A stretch of 64,000 bases of DNA from positions 19,293,292 through 19,357,291 of the forward strand of contig OZ316898.1 of the NCBI GenBank assembly GCA_973895155.1, read 5' to 3'. The notes under the pieces were generated by a model. That model worked only from the letters and a program-made list of their open reading frames with translations, searched no databases and was not told where the DNA came from. Shown piece after piece: positions 1-12,995 of the stretch (position 1 is its first letter; the number at the start of each line of letters is the position of its first letter). The DNA is from Marsupella aquatica. Lineage: Eukaryota; Plantae; Marchantiophyta. Both the position numbers and the translations under genes were made by a program.

Positions 1-44
1 TTAATATTACTGGCCTGACGGTAGAGATGAAGCGGGCAAAATGA
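1..44 (+). CDS. PPO: 3' end of an upstream polyphenol oxidase paralog (..NITGLTVEMKRAK*), truncated by the window edge
   Basis: Nucleotides 1-44 match 33397-33440 (the end of the intact PPO) with one mismatch, including the TGA stop. Confidence 0.85.
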   Translation, partial: NITGLTVEMKRAK

Positions 45-1139
45 TCTTCAATCAATCAGGCCGGAGTGAACCTTGAAATTGTTCGAAGTTAGAGCTGTAT
101 AATTAGTACAATATAGGTTAGCATTGCTAGCTACCACCATAGTTGATCCACAATTCAGATAATGGTTTTGCACTCCGATTTCGACTCGATCGAATTAAAG
201 ATTGCACGTTGGAGTAACTAAATGCCTGGATTTCACGGACCACTAAATGCCTGAACTTCAAGCACCACCGACATTGGTGAGAAATACAAAAGCCCAGAGT
301 TCGAATTGAACAACGAGTCGAGGTGGTCGACCAACTAAAGTAATTGGTCAGGCTGGGCGCCAGGGGTGACATGTGACGGTCAGCAAGACTTACGTTCAAT
401 TACAGAGCAGAAAAGTTCTGCATCCCTGACGAGCTGAAATAATTGGTTCAGTGGCCAGCTACTAAAGGTAATTTGTAACCACGAGGTCCAAATACTTGTC
501 TTAAATTGCATATCACGTGGCTTCTGTTCCGAACTGTCCAGGGTGGGTTTAATGTATGATAAGCCTAAGGCTGTTGTAGTAGTTTAGTTGTAACAAGGAT
601 TATGTAACAAATATTATTAAAGACTGATTTCCCCTTCCAAAGCGTTTTTTGCCGTTCAAAGAAAACCCTAAATAATTGCCAAGTCCAGATTCAAAGCAAG
701 GCTAGGATGTTCTCTAGTGCAAGATACTCACACAGACCTTTTGTCATCTTAAAGACTGAATACTATTTTGTTGATTTATCTAGGCCGTCCTTGCCCAATG
801 CCCACTGTAGACATGCAATTTGGGGGATGGGCTGTTTTGTTTTACTTTGATTCCGTTTTCTGGGACTCTTCCAATTCTTTTAGACGAAGGACACAAGGCA
901 AACCTGCCCCCCAAAACACACGCACACTCACAAGGCAACATAGACCTTTAAGGGTAGGGATTTGGTTCTGTTAGTTTTTGTTAATTGCTTGGAATTATTT
1001 CCATCCAATAAAGATAGGGTGTTAGAGTTGGTTATTGTCTATTCAACCTGGCAGCTCCCACTTTGTATTTCTTTTGGAGGTGATGGGGTCTCCCTCTCTC
1101 ATTTGTTCTCCCAAATTATGTATCCACTCCCCATGCACC

Positions 1140-1142
<3 letters not shown>

Positions 1143-1182
<40 letters not shown>
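1143..1182. repeat. (AT)n microsatellite
   Basis: Uninterrupted TA run; only a short ATATAT is present at the equivalent position of the duplicate (~34619). Confidence 0.95.
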
Positions 1183-1185
<3 letters not shown>

Positions 1186-1904
1186 CCTTCCCTTTTGGTG
1201 TGACCACATCAGTTCTTCATCCACAAGCTCGAACAAAAGACAACACTTCAATCACAACAATAACATTTTCAAAATGATATTCTTTGGAAGCTTTTTGTTT
1301 GATGATACTGCTCCATCTAATACTATTCAGCCATATTCCTGCAAAATACAACACTTTCTCGTCGACAGCACTTTGGCTTTGCTAAACATTTGGAAGCTGA
1401 ACACTTTCTCTCAACAACACTTCCTCGTCCTCGCATTGTTTTCTTGCATGACACTTCCTCTCAATGACTTCTGGCATGGCACATGCATTGAGCTAGTGTG
1501 ATACAACTCCACTGCAAAATAAATAGCAAAAATAGGACGAGGGCTTTAAGTATAGCTCAAAGAGATTGTTTTAGTCCTAGCCTGGAGCTGCATTGTTGTT
1601 TTGGACAAAGTGGCATCATCGACTGGCATTCAGGGCAGGAGCCGATTCAGTTGCTAAAATGTAGCGAGGAATGTCTACGTCTCATTTCCAAGTGAATGCA
1701 AAGAGACGGAAGACAGCCTCTCGTGAATTGTTTGTTCTCCCTCACCACTCCTACCCACTGACAGCTCAGGAGATTAATTGATCAAGAAAATGAGGTACAG
1801 GTTTCATGTCTCGCTTCATTTCCCAGTCATGAGCGCTGGATTATCCTTTTCAGCTCCTTACATTAGACTCATCCCTCCCTCGGTCACTGTTCTCACGTCT
1901 CTTC

Positions 1905-2775
1905 GTCAACAAAAAATTCTAGCCTTTGCCATGACAAACGATCTAAATTCCACCAGCCTTCTTCAGGGTCAACTTCCAAAGTCCGACTCCGGACTATAAT
2001 AGGGATCCTATCTGGTGTTGCACAACCACTACTGTGCCTTGTGGTGGCCAATGATAGGCCAAGTCCAAGCTCCCGAGCCCTTCTATGGGGAAAAATGTCT
2101 ACTGAGTCAGAGTATGAATACCTTCGAGTTGCAGGGTGTTCGAAACTGGTCCGCATGTTACCGTCCATGGGTGGACTGGTGACTCAGAAGATCCAAATTA
2201 ATGGAGAGGATGCGCATGCCGCTTACTCATCTGCACGGGATCCCATCTTTTTTGCGCACCACTCCCAGATAGACCGGTTATGGTGGAAGGGACGAGCTAA
2301 GCGGTAAAGATGTTCATGACTCTTTACTGGATTGATTCCGAGTTTCTCTTCGATGATGAAAACGCGGACCTGGTGCGTGTTAACGTTCGAGATAGTTTTA
2401 AATTTGACAACTTCAGGGTCACCACGAGCACGGAACTGGATTTGGATTGGCTGGATTGTACTCCGAAATCCAATCGGGATATATATGGATCCCAAATATG
2501 CCCGATTACGAGCGAGCATTTCCAAACACTTTTGGAGTGAAGTAGTCACTGGAAGCACCTATAAAAACAATACCATGGTACTCGGAAGCTTTTCCAGAAA
2601 GAAACAAATCATGGGTTAACAGCAGTCCTAGGAGGAAGGAGAAGAGCGGCGGTGACCTCGTGAGTGCCTAGGACAGTACCGAAGTGCTTGGGAACAAAGA
2701 GGATTCGTCGGTATATGACGAGGTGTTGGTGATAACTGGCCTGATGGTGCAGATGAATTGAAGCGGGCGAAATGA
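1905..2775 (+). pseudogene. PPO: Polyphenol oxidase pseudogene (CuB and DWL regions, frameshifted, internally deleted)
   Basis: Fragments in different frames: AYSSARDPIFFAHHSQIDRLW (2041-2307 ORF), WIDSEFLFDDENADLVRVNVRD (2310-2540) and DPKYAR..HFWSEVVTGSTY (2332-2619). Ends with AAGCGGGCGAAATGA, like the intact gene. Confidence 0.9.
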
Positions 2776-5209
2776 TCTTCAATCTGTGAAGCTCGAAATT
2801 GTTGCAGGAGCTGTGAAATGTACAAGACAGTTCCTAATGTGACAATGTTTACATCGAGGTGCCCATTTTCATTGTACTTGCTATTCTTCACACAGAATTT
2901 TACGTAAGTAACCACTCGGACAGTTTCATTACGGAAATTGAGATTGGATTTGTTCCTACACATTTCTGCAAATTCGATGTTTCACCACTGAGCAGACTGA
3001 GTCAGGGACACCAGTTGGACTTCATTATCGAAGTGATTGGATTCATGCCTACACATAACATCTGCACATTTGGTGGACTCCAATAGACCTGAGTTTTCTG
3101 TGAAATTCATTCCGTTTTCAGTTGTTACCCCTCATTTTCAGTAATTCGTTCTCGTCGTGCAATCTTGTCACAAGTGCTGGACAACTACAGCAAGTACTAT
3201 ACAAGTAGTATACAGTAGTTAGAACCTGGGAGCTAGGCTTGAACCGTTATATAAAGCAGGAATACTCTATCTGAAGGCGAGGATGGTGAAGGGTTTAGGT
3301 TTTTTTTTCAAAACCTACTATGTTCAGTGCCGTTCCCCTAAGAGGTGTTACGCTATTAGCAGGCGGATAAAATCTAAGAAATTTGGTTTGTCACTGCGCA
3401 GTATCTTAATTAATTATTTCAGAAACACACCTTGAGAGTGAGATAGTAAGATTGGGAAACCATTGTAAAAAACACGCCTCCAAATTATTGATCAGCAAAT
3501 TATCATCCACTGAATGAATGAATGCAGGTCATGAGTACGATCGAGAGACGCAGATGGTGTGCGAGCTGGAAGAACTGGCCAGAACAGTTCATGAGATTTG
3601 TAGATAAATTCTGGATCAGCAAAAAGATGACATTGGCGAAGATGGTGGGAGCAGCTGGACGAACTGCCCGGAGATAGGCCATCGTTACAAACAATGGAAG
3701 ATGCCCCAAGACCACACGTTTCATAACAAGGTATGTACTATGCTATAAGTGCACTACCTATTGTGGAGTGTTACAAGCACTCTCACTACCAGAAACTCCC
3801 CTAAGCAAGCCGGACTTTCATTAGTTTCCGGCCTCTCGGTGGTCGGTTTCATGGTTTATCGGCATGGAATGCTGCTAATTGCTATCGGCATGGAATGCTG
3901 CTAATTGCATAGCCATATTTACTTTCATCGGGTTATGAGTCATGTTGTCAGCTCCTCCCACTCTCTCTCTAGACTTGATCTTCTTCAGGTATGTTTATAT
4001 TCCTTCCTGGGAATGGCGTGGCATGGGTTAGTAGGGTCCTTTACTAGTTCCTCACATCCAACTCTTACTGTTCTCTATTACCTCTCTTCCTTCCTCTCGT
4101 AGTAGTTAACAGTGTGGGCAATCTTCAAACAAGTCAATGTGACACACAAATAGCCAAATGACTCTTATTGACTAAGTTATAAGTGTGCAACATATATACA
4201 CTCAGTTGTTCTTAGGCCCAAAAATTTGCAAACTAAGCCACAAGGCCAACTCAATTCAATTCATGGGTATGAGGAAAGATGTATATATATGGGACACTAT
4301 ATAACTAACCGAGAGCTTCTTTACTAGATGATGCCAGCCTTTTTGGTGCACTAATAAATATAGCTTGCTAAGAAAAAAACCATGAACTCCCCATTGCTCA
4401 GGTATTTATCTTTGCAACGTGCCTGCTCATCACTGAAGCATAATCCTAAGTCTATAATTCTAGTTGTAATCTACCTATGTACAACCCGGCAAGAGCACAG
4501 TCAAGTGTTGTTGTTACCAGAGGATTTTCCATCCAAACTAATCTAAGTGTGAGGGCTGTCTTTTGACCCTAATCCTTACTAATCCTAATCCTAGAGGGTT
4601 GTGCCAGCCCCGCCCACTCACACGAACAACCCGGGCCTTATTTTTGAGTCATGTATTCAATTCTGTGCTTCTATATACCCAATATAGTGAGGTTCAGGGC
4701 TAGCTAGGAGGGGCGTGGTGAGAGGTTGTTACATAAACTTCTCTCTTATAGACCACATCATGGTCTCCCGCATATGTAAATATTAGTAGTATAGGTATGT
4801 TTGGATTCTGTCAACAGCCTATATGAGAACTAATACATTACTTACCCCTAAATATCTTATGAATAATATTGTCCTTTAATGTAAACCAGGTTTTATTGGA
4901 GGATCCTCGATCATTGGAAATTTATTAATTATTATAATCTCAAAACACTCACACTCATAGGTAGTTTGGTTTTCGCCACCAAAAATATAGATTCTGCTTG
5001 AAACTACTTCAACTCACACCCACTCAACTCACATTTCTCCCATAAAACACAATGAATCATTCATAGTTGTCACCTTCAAACACTATGACGGACCAAACGA
5101 TAAAGGTGACCACACTTCTCATTTTTGTGAATTTATTTTTTATCTAAGGCATGCAATTTTTTATCCAAATTGCCCAAAAGGTAAAAATTAGCAAAAACAC
5201 AAAGCGTAA

Positions 5210-5432
5210 TCGATCATAACTTTTCAAAGACAATTGAGATTCAAGCGGGGCATTGTAGATGACAATGAAGTGACCATATTTCATGATAAACATCTATCTA
5301 CAACTTGTGATTGGGGAGACGTGGTAGCGTTTGTCAACTACATCCCCACTTCGAGAATGTGGGTTGTAACACAGATGTCACTAAGGTCAGAAAAAGGTGT
5401 TGATAAAGATGATCATCTCATGGACTCAAATG
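5210..5432 (+). pseudogene. Decayed older Sola-like transposase remnant, left half (interrupted by the 5433-13555 element)
   Basis: ITFQRQLRFKRGIVDDNEVTIFHDKHLSTTCDW aligns by eye to VTFHHQYKFAFDKLENQVPTQWGKKFSTDSTW of the intact transposase. The frame continues into 13556+ when the insertion is removed. Confidence 0.7.
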
Positions 5433-5752
5433 AACAAGAAGCCTTAAGGGATGAGTCCAAAGCCTTATTTCTCTTTTCAAATCTTCATGATATTAAAAAG
5501 TGTATACCAAAAAACCACCAAAAAATGGTATGTATTTTCCAAACTAGACTCAAGAGAATTTTACCACCAAAATCTAAGCATATCTTATATGATATTCTCA
5601 CAATTGTATAAACCTTGAAATATGCACTTTATAAAAGTAATCAAAATCAAACTCATCGATCAGAGTTTAAGTCAAACTCAAAGTTTTACAAAATATAACC
5701 CAACTTAAGCCCAAGTGGTTTCAAATGCTACGAGTCCCTCTATTTATCTAGT

Positions 5753-8700
5753 CTAATCCAAAGGGACCGCTTCCCCTTCCTCGGTTCCGGAAGTCCCTGT
5801 CGTCAATTCTGGAACAATTGTGGCATCGTCAACCACGCTATCCTCTCCGGCCTGAGGAATGTCTTCCTCACTCTCCTCATCCATCTCCCCCTGTCCGTCT
5901 TCCTCTTCAATGTTATCTGCAAGGTTAAGAATCCTCCCTTTCAACACACTGCTCTGTCGCTCGTCAATCTCAATGGCAACGCAATGTCTCCCCATGGCCA
6001 AGGAGGAGGTTGTCCCAGTCCCTGATCCTGAACAAATATCCAAAACCCAGTCTCCAACCTGACTAAAATGACTCACTTCCCAATCTAACAATGCACGTGG
6101 TTTCTGATAAACATTCACTGCCTTGTTATCCCCGTTGTGTTTCAGCTTCTTAGTCACAGCTGCGCATACAACCACATTGTTCCTTGATTCATTTCTGTCA
6201 AAATTGAAGTGCTCCAATGACCGTTTACCATCCTGGCTGTGAAAGCCAATTGTAAAGCACTCAAAGTTGCTGTTCAATCTTGGTCCACCAGCATTCTTCA
6301 CATTATCCTTAACCCTGAAAAGTCACAAAAAGTCAAGGAGTTATTTAAACTGAGAAACATGGTTCATGAAATCATGAATAACTAATAGTTGTTTTTTTCA
6401 AAAACAAATATTTCTTACCACACACAATTCTGGAACCCTCCATTACACTCCGCTTTCAAAACCGTCTTGATGGCCTCATATTGGTCAAGGCTGTGGTGAA
6501 TGATAATACGCCACAACTTTGCAGTAGTAGCCACCTTGAACGATTGGACCATTTTTGTGATCTCCTCAGTTCCCCATCCAATAGTGTCTTCATGAAGACA
6601 TCCAGGCAATGCAAACCCGTAGGGAATATCCACTAAAGCTAATGTGTAAGCCCGACCCGGAACCACCTCATGTAATCGCTGACCATCATGAGTAAAAATA
6701 TCATAGTGCACATCACCAAACTCTGGATGCTCAAACGAATTTGGATGAAGTTCCCCCTCTTGGGTTTGCCGACTAGAAGTCTTCATGGATAGCCAATTTT
6801 GGGCTTGCACAATATGCGCATTGAATTTGTCCGGGAATGACTTGAGATCTTTGCCTTCCTCATCTCCCTTCTTTTTCCGGGAGGTGGTATCTTTCTACAA
6901 AAAGGAACTGTAGAATTAGAAACAAGGATTCCAAATATTAAATGAATTCAAACAATCATTCGAAGAAAGGTGACAGAATCTTACCCATGTCTGGAAAACA
7001 GGTACAAAATTCTTAAGCACATTGTCTGTGCAATGCTCAGGGTACTTGGTTTTACAACCTGACCAACTCTCCTCGTGTAGACACGTGAGGAAGGCCTTCT
7101 GCACCTGCATCTGAAATTTGTGTCGAGTAAATTCGTGACCCATTTCCTGTAAAGAGAGTTCTTTAGTAAGAACTCTCGGTAACACTGGGCAAATCATATC
7201 AGGATCTTTCAAGGCCTGCATGTGTCTCGACTCTGTTAATTTCATGTCCTCATAAGGCAATTTGGCATCTCCAGACTTAGAGACTTTCTTCTTGCCTTTG
7301 TCTCCTTTTTGACCTTTGATCTCACACATCTCCCACTTGTCACAAATCTGCCTCACAAATGACCACACAGGATCTTGTCGGAATGCCAACTGAAATAGGT
7401 TATCATTGGCATTAAGAACCTCAGCATCCTTTCGTACACCCCAATCCTTGAGATTGATTTCAGTAGCACACTCTTTCTTGAAATCCTGGTTGGACGACAA
7501 TCCATTCTCAACAAATCTCATGTGAATATAATTTACTCTCTGGATTGTCGTCATCTGTTGTCGAAATTCAGAATCAATATTGTGACTCCACGCAAGGTTT
7601 CTTGCCTCTTGCACACTCAATCCCGCAAATATCCAAGATTGCACTCTCCGAAATGCCTTGTTGTTAGGGAACTGAAGAGCAAGGTCTGCTTTGGCACAGG
7701 CTGAATGGTTGCCCCCAATCACATAATAATGGTAATCAGCTTTCCTTGAAAAATCAAAGTCTTGCCTAGTAGCACACTCCTTCGGATCCACCAAGAGGAC
7801 AAACGGAGCTGCAAGTGGACTGGCACCTACAGTCTTCATCCGCAAGGTCAATTGGGTCAAGAAATATGGTTGGATGTGTCGGACCTGGTAAATGGGCAAG
7901 CCCACAGCCTTCTCTCTCACTGGAGGGTAAAGTTGACCAATGTCAACGGTCACGGTCTCCTCTTGAACACCACATCTTCCCAGAATCTCCTCCTGGTACA
8001 ATACCCGTGCATCCATTGACATTGATTGAGCCTTTTGCTCCAAATGCGTTGGAATTTTCTCCAAAGTCTTCTTTTTTGACTTTGTAGCACTGGGCTCGGT
8101 AGGCTCAGGAGTCATAGCAGGTCGCTTCTTTGAAGAAATGCGAGTTCCAGTCGTACCTTGTGCCGACCCACCAGTCAAAGCCGTTCCCTGGGATGATCTG
8201 CCAACTTGAGATCCCCCTCCAGATGCTGCTGCTTCCCGGGAGGTTGTAGGCGCTACCACGGTCAAACTATCATCGGGTAAAATGCTAGGGCTCGATCCAG
8301 AAGGAACACCGGAAGCCCCAGATTTGGGTGGACGACTTACTCCCTTCTCTGCCGACCTTTTCCGGAGAATCTCTCTTGATTTTTGGATTGCACTCTTTAA
8401 AGTGCTAGCGTGAAATTCAAACACAAAACCGAAAATCTTTCCCGCGACGTCGTGGTAACGTTCCTCACTCGAAAGAGACTTGACAGTCTCAATGATGCTA
8501 TCGATGTCCTCATCGAGATAGCAGGTGGCAGCCGTTCCAGAAAACCTCTCCACATCCACAACAATCAAAGTTGATGTTTCCTTCGTTGTGATCAACGTGT
8601 TCACAACTTCGTCGCCCCGTCGAAATACATCGATGCGGCCATAATTTACCCACCCTAATGCCCCCGATGGAAGCCCCTCAAATACACACAGCATTAGGAA

Positions 8701-8814
8701 GGGCTTCTTCCATGTTTCCGTCCCTAAGGAAATCGTCCAGGATGAGTTGTGGAAGTCCGTCAAAGGATGGCGCGAAAAGATGTCATCCACCAGCTCTTCC
8801 TGCGACATTGTCAT
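5753..8814 (-). CDS. ParB-like domain + beta-class N6-adenine/N4-cytosine DNA methyltransferase fusion, ~955 aa; exons 8814-6985, 6894-6419, 6314-5753
   Basis: GT-AG introns 6984-6895 and 6418-6315 join three ORFs in frame (2868 nt). Catalytic motif IV LALVDIPYG (6630-6619) precedes QKP and motif I VLDICSGSGT..MGRHCVAIEID (6040-6017), which is the beta-class order. ParB/Srx-like YYVIGGNHSACA lies in exon 1, and the C-tail is acidic. Confidence 0.85.
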
Positions 8815-8979
8815 GTTTTTGCCTGATCTTCAAACCTGAGAACATACCACAAAATCAGTCCACTTCAACCCCAACCTGCGAGACAAAGTGCCACAGAACC
8901 AAGGAATGTGCCAACAAATGGCTACTAAAACCGTGTCCTTACGGATCTAACAACGCTCTCGGCCACCCCAGGACTCCTA

Positions 8980-9513
8980 TCATGAATTCATGAAGGGAGT
9001 CTCCCTCTCGCTCCGACCTTCATGAATTCATGAAGGGAGTCTCCTCTCTCTTTGCTTGTACACCTCGGTGATGCAGAAGGGTATTTAAAATAGGGTTCGG
9101 AGGGGGGTGACGTGAAGAAATCACCCAGGGCCTAAATTACTACCTAAAACAGGGTCGAAATGAAGTGCGACCGCGACAACTCGCGACACGTCGCCGATGA
9201 GTGCTGAAAATGGCACGAAATTGGATAGCGAGATTGTTTTTCACTCTTTTACAAAGGAAATCCAAATGACATTGAGTGAAAATGAATGGGCTGCCCCGTG
9301 TTCCTTGGTTATACATACTAATCACGGATCAGGCGCGACTTAGTAAAATTAACCCAGAATCATGATAAATCAATGTTTTTGGGCCAATTATTCATGAATA
9401 TTTCGGGGTATTAACGGGAAAAAGCTTGCAAATTTCATGAATATTTGATATTTTTGAAGTTAAAAAGTCCCAACAATCCGTGAAAAACTATAAATAGGCT
9501 CGTTTATTCATGA
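8980..9513. promoter_or_regulatory. Divergent promoter region with clustered TCATGA palindromes
   Basis: TCATGA at 8980, 8988, 9020, 9028, 9360, 9392, 9435 and 9508. 20-bp perfect palindrome CCTTCATGAATTCATGAAGG at 9017-9036. TATAAATA at ~9490 upstream of the transposase ATG. Confidence 0.55.
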
Positions 9514-9593
9514 CTCTTGGTCATTATTTTGAGAACATTTGTTAGATTTTACTGATTTTCTGAGTTTCTTGTCAATTTGCACTAGTTTTTCCA

Positions 9594-12500
9594 ATGGCGG
9601 CGTGTTACGAATCAGATGATTATTCAGATGGAGTTTCTGATGATGTTTCATTGCCGGATGGCCCCTGCACAGTGGTTGGCCCAGATATCCCTGGAATAAC
9701 TACTGTTTTAGATATGCCACCCCCCACCCCTATGAGCAAGTTAAAACGTAGTCCTTTACGACTTGCAATTAGTGGGAAGAAATCATTGGTCGGTGGTAAA
9801 GAGAGGTCAGGGAGCTCCTCTGACTCCTTGGAGAGTATTGGTCCCCCTGGACGTCAAGTTGTATCTCCTTTGTCACCAACAAAGGACAAATTGGGGAGTA
9901 ATCTGGAAGGTTCAATGCCTATTTGGATGTCTGGGAAACGGTCTCATGAATTCATGAAGACTGGATTTGGAAAGACGAAGAAGGCACTAAGTGGGGAAAA
10001 TGACAGAGATTTTTGCAGTCTGCAAAGTGTTCAGCGGCTGAAGCAAATGCCAAAAAGTAAAACCTTTGGTAAGCCAACGTCGGAAACATTTCACAGGGGG
10101 ATGAGGGAAGAAACTAGACGACCAGTGTTATTGAAAAGTATTCCAGAAAAGAATTCTATTGTGCGTTCCTCAGTTTTACCTAGGAGTCATGGTGTTGGGG
10201 CAGGGAGCGGATCAAGTCACGGAAACTCAAACAGGGAAACCAACCTGGTGGAGAGGGACCCTAGGAAAATATTGAAAGGGTCCCTACACGGTAATGGAGG
10301 GATTTCTGAAATACGCCCAGGTATTCCAAGGGTGCATAGAGTGAAGGAAGAGCCTCCATCTCCGAAGGCTGCAGGTCTGGAATCTAGGCATGTTCAAAAG
10401 CAAATGTTGGTGACCATTTCATCATCGAATGAAAGCGAGTCTTCGGAGAGTGGGGAGGATGATGATGTTCCGGTGGCATCTAGTCGTTACAAACGTACGA
10501 GCAACGCCACTTTGTGTGAAACAAAGTTGAAAGAGGAGGATATCAAGAAAACAAATAGTAAGTACTGTTGTCAGAGTCATTGTCTCCTAAGTCTATCTCC
10601 AAAAGAAATTCGTGAGGCGCGTTCTAAATTTTTGAGGCAGAAATCTCAGGATCGATCTTTATCTTTGCAGTGGCTTATAAAGCAAGACGGAAATGAAGGA
10701 GGGAGGCAGACTATATCTTACACGTTTGGTCAAAAGAGTATTTGTCGGAAAGCTTTCAAGCTTATATTTTGCGTTGGCAATCATAGATTAAATAGAATTT
10801 TGAAATTAGACAACCAAGACTTAGGATATTCTAAACCAGTTGGACGCCCTCCATCTGTTAAAAGATTAGTCTTGGTCAGTTGGCTTAGGTCATTTTTTGA
10901 GACACGCGTGGAAACATTGCCAAATAAAGAAGTTTCACATTTACCGGATAATTATTCAAAGTTGGAGGTATGGAAGATCTACGACTCCAACTATGCCAAG
11001 ATTGATGAATCTTCAAAAATATCCTATCGACAATTCTTGAAAGTTTGGGTTCAAGAATTTGGTCATGTGAAGATTCCTCCAGTCAATCGATTCAGTGCTT
11101 GCGCGGATTGCGAGGAGTTCAAATCAATTCGGGACAAAGCTGTCTCGGAGACCGAAAAGAGTAAGTTGCTTACAAGTTTGACAAGTTTTTGTTTCAAGAA
11201 TATGGCTTAACACATGATTTCTAATTTTTTTTGAAGAAACTAACAAGTTGTTTTTCCAGGGCGAGGGGAAATTATGTTACAAAAACATAGAGACCAACAA
11301 TCCAAAGAACGTGAGAAACTCCCGAAGCATCGTAAGAAATGTTTTTCAAATTCTGATAAATATTTGGGAGTTGTCATTGATGGGATGGATCAGAAGAAGA
11401 CAAGGTTGCCTCATTGGCCGCGGCCCCCAAAATCGGTGGACGAAACATGTTTGATCCAAATGCACGTTGTCGGATGCCTGGTTTTCAATGGTGCACTATT
11501 TTCAAGAGTGTTTCTTAATTATCCTGTATTGCATAATGATGGAAACTTGACAGTCACAATCCTGCAAAGGGTGTTTCACGAATGGGAAGAAAAGCCTGGT
11601 GGCTTGCCGCCTGTTCTCTATCTTCAACTTGATAATACCAGTAGAGAAAATAAAAATAATTTACTCTTTGCCTATCTTCATATGTTGATTCGAAGAAAGG
11701 TTTTTTGGAAAATCAAACTAGGATTCTTGTTGGTTGGACACACACACGACCAAATAGATCAAATGTTCAGTCGATTTTCTAAACGACTAGCAAGGTTTAA
11801 GGCATTCACATACGAAAGCCTATGTGATATTATTTGTGAATCATATCAACCCCAACCAAATATCACTCTTTTAAAGGAAACATATGATTTCCGTCAATAT
11901 GCCTTCTCAGATCCACCTTTAGTCATTGAAAGGATTCGAAATGTTACCTTCCACCACCAGTACAAATTTGCATTTGACAAGTTGGAAAATCAAGTTCCAA
12001 CCCAATGGGGGAAGAAGTTTTCCACGGACTCAACTTGGAAACCTAACGGAGGCGTGAAATTTTTGAGGGAAGAGGAGCCAGAAAAGGTGATCATGGGTTG
12101 TGCTCCCGGATTACCCCTTTTCAAAAAGGGGGATAAGAACGTTACAAGGACTCAACCAAATATGTCTAGTTCTTCAAGAATGACTTTGAAGGAGATGGAT
12201 GATTCGTTAAATGAGATTCAAAAGGGAATACTTGCAGTTGAAACTTTATTCTCAGAAGAGGAAGTGAACTGGTGGAGAATGTTTTTTGAAGAGCAACGGG
12301 AATTGAATAAATCTTTGCTCCTTGATCAAAGACCATTGATTTTCCCTTTTCAATGGCCACGCTCCCAAAGGGAGATTGCTGTTGCTGCTGAAGTTCCCAG
12401 AGTCCTTGTCAATGAAGAGGAAATTGAAGAGAGAGTATACGGACCTACCAGAGATATATACGTGGGTCCTTATCGGAATCAAGGAAAGATAGATGCAGAG

Positions 12501-12995
12501 AAGGAGAATATGGAAGGAGACTTTTCGGATCTTGAAGTCAACACTTATATTTCTATTGCTGGAGAAGAATCGGAAACATTTTGGGTGGCCAAGGTGGAAA
12601 GAATTGACCAGCGCGACGAGTTCAACATTCCAAAAATGATTTATGTTTTATGGCATGCTCCAAAAACCGGGTCAGATCCTTGGAAAGCCAAGTACTTACC
12701 AGAAGTCTTAAACTACGAAAAGAAGAAAAGTGGTCGTGGGAAAGGAACTTTGAAACCAATATGGTTTCACCAAGAGCTTGATTTATCTTCAACGACTGTT
12801 TTTGCTTACAACTTCATGTTGACAAAATCTGATACATTGTACAAAAAGACAGTAGATCGAATCAAAATCCGATTGACTGAATTTTTGGCAGAAGAGAAAG
12901 AGCAAGAACAAGAGAATGGATCAACTAGAACCCCGCTAGGAGATAAATCTAGGGATATTTCGTTTCAAGAATTGAGGACTTCTGGATCTGAGTAA
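9594..12995 (+). CDS. Sola-like (DUF7869-type) DDD transposase, ~1100 aa; exons 9594-11160 and 11260-12995
   Basis: GT-AG intron 11161-11259 joins the two ORFs in frame (3303 nt). Cys-rich region CCQSHC..ICRKAF..CADC; putative acidic triad IDGMDQ / LQLDNTSRENKN / GHTHDQIDQMFS; C-terminal FWVAKV..VLWH SH3/Tudor-like segment. Confidence 0.8.

Larger units (their letters stand above)
1..2197 (+). repeat. Segmental/tandem duplication unit, copy 1 (PPO 3' end, downstream region and start of PPO pseudogene)
   Basis: Colinear high-identity match to 33397-35658, e.g. GATCCACAATTCAGATAATGG, ATACAACTCCACTGCAAAATAAATAGC and GACTGGTGACTCAGAAGATCCAAA occur in both. Confidence 0.9.

Noticed and set aside
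962-1501. 179-aa ORF with YI repeats
   Set aside because: An artefact of the (AT)n microsatellite; not preserved in the duplicate copy.
5753-8814. Bacterial/phage contamination or a restriction-modification operon
   Set aside because: The gene has GT-AG introns, lies within TIRs and is contiguous with plant genes. No endonuclease partner was seen.
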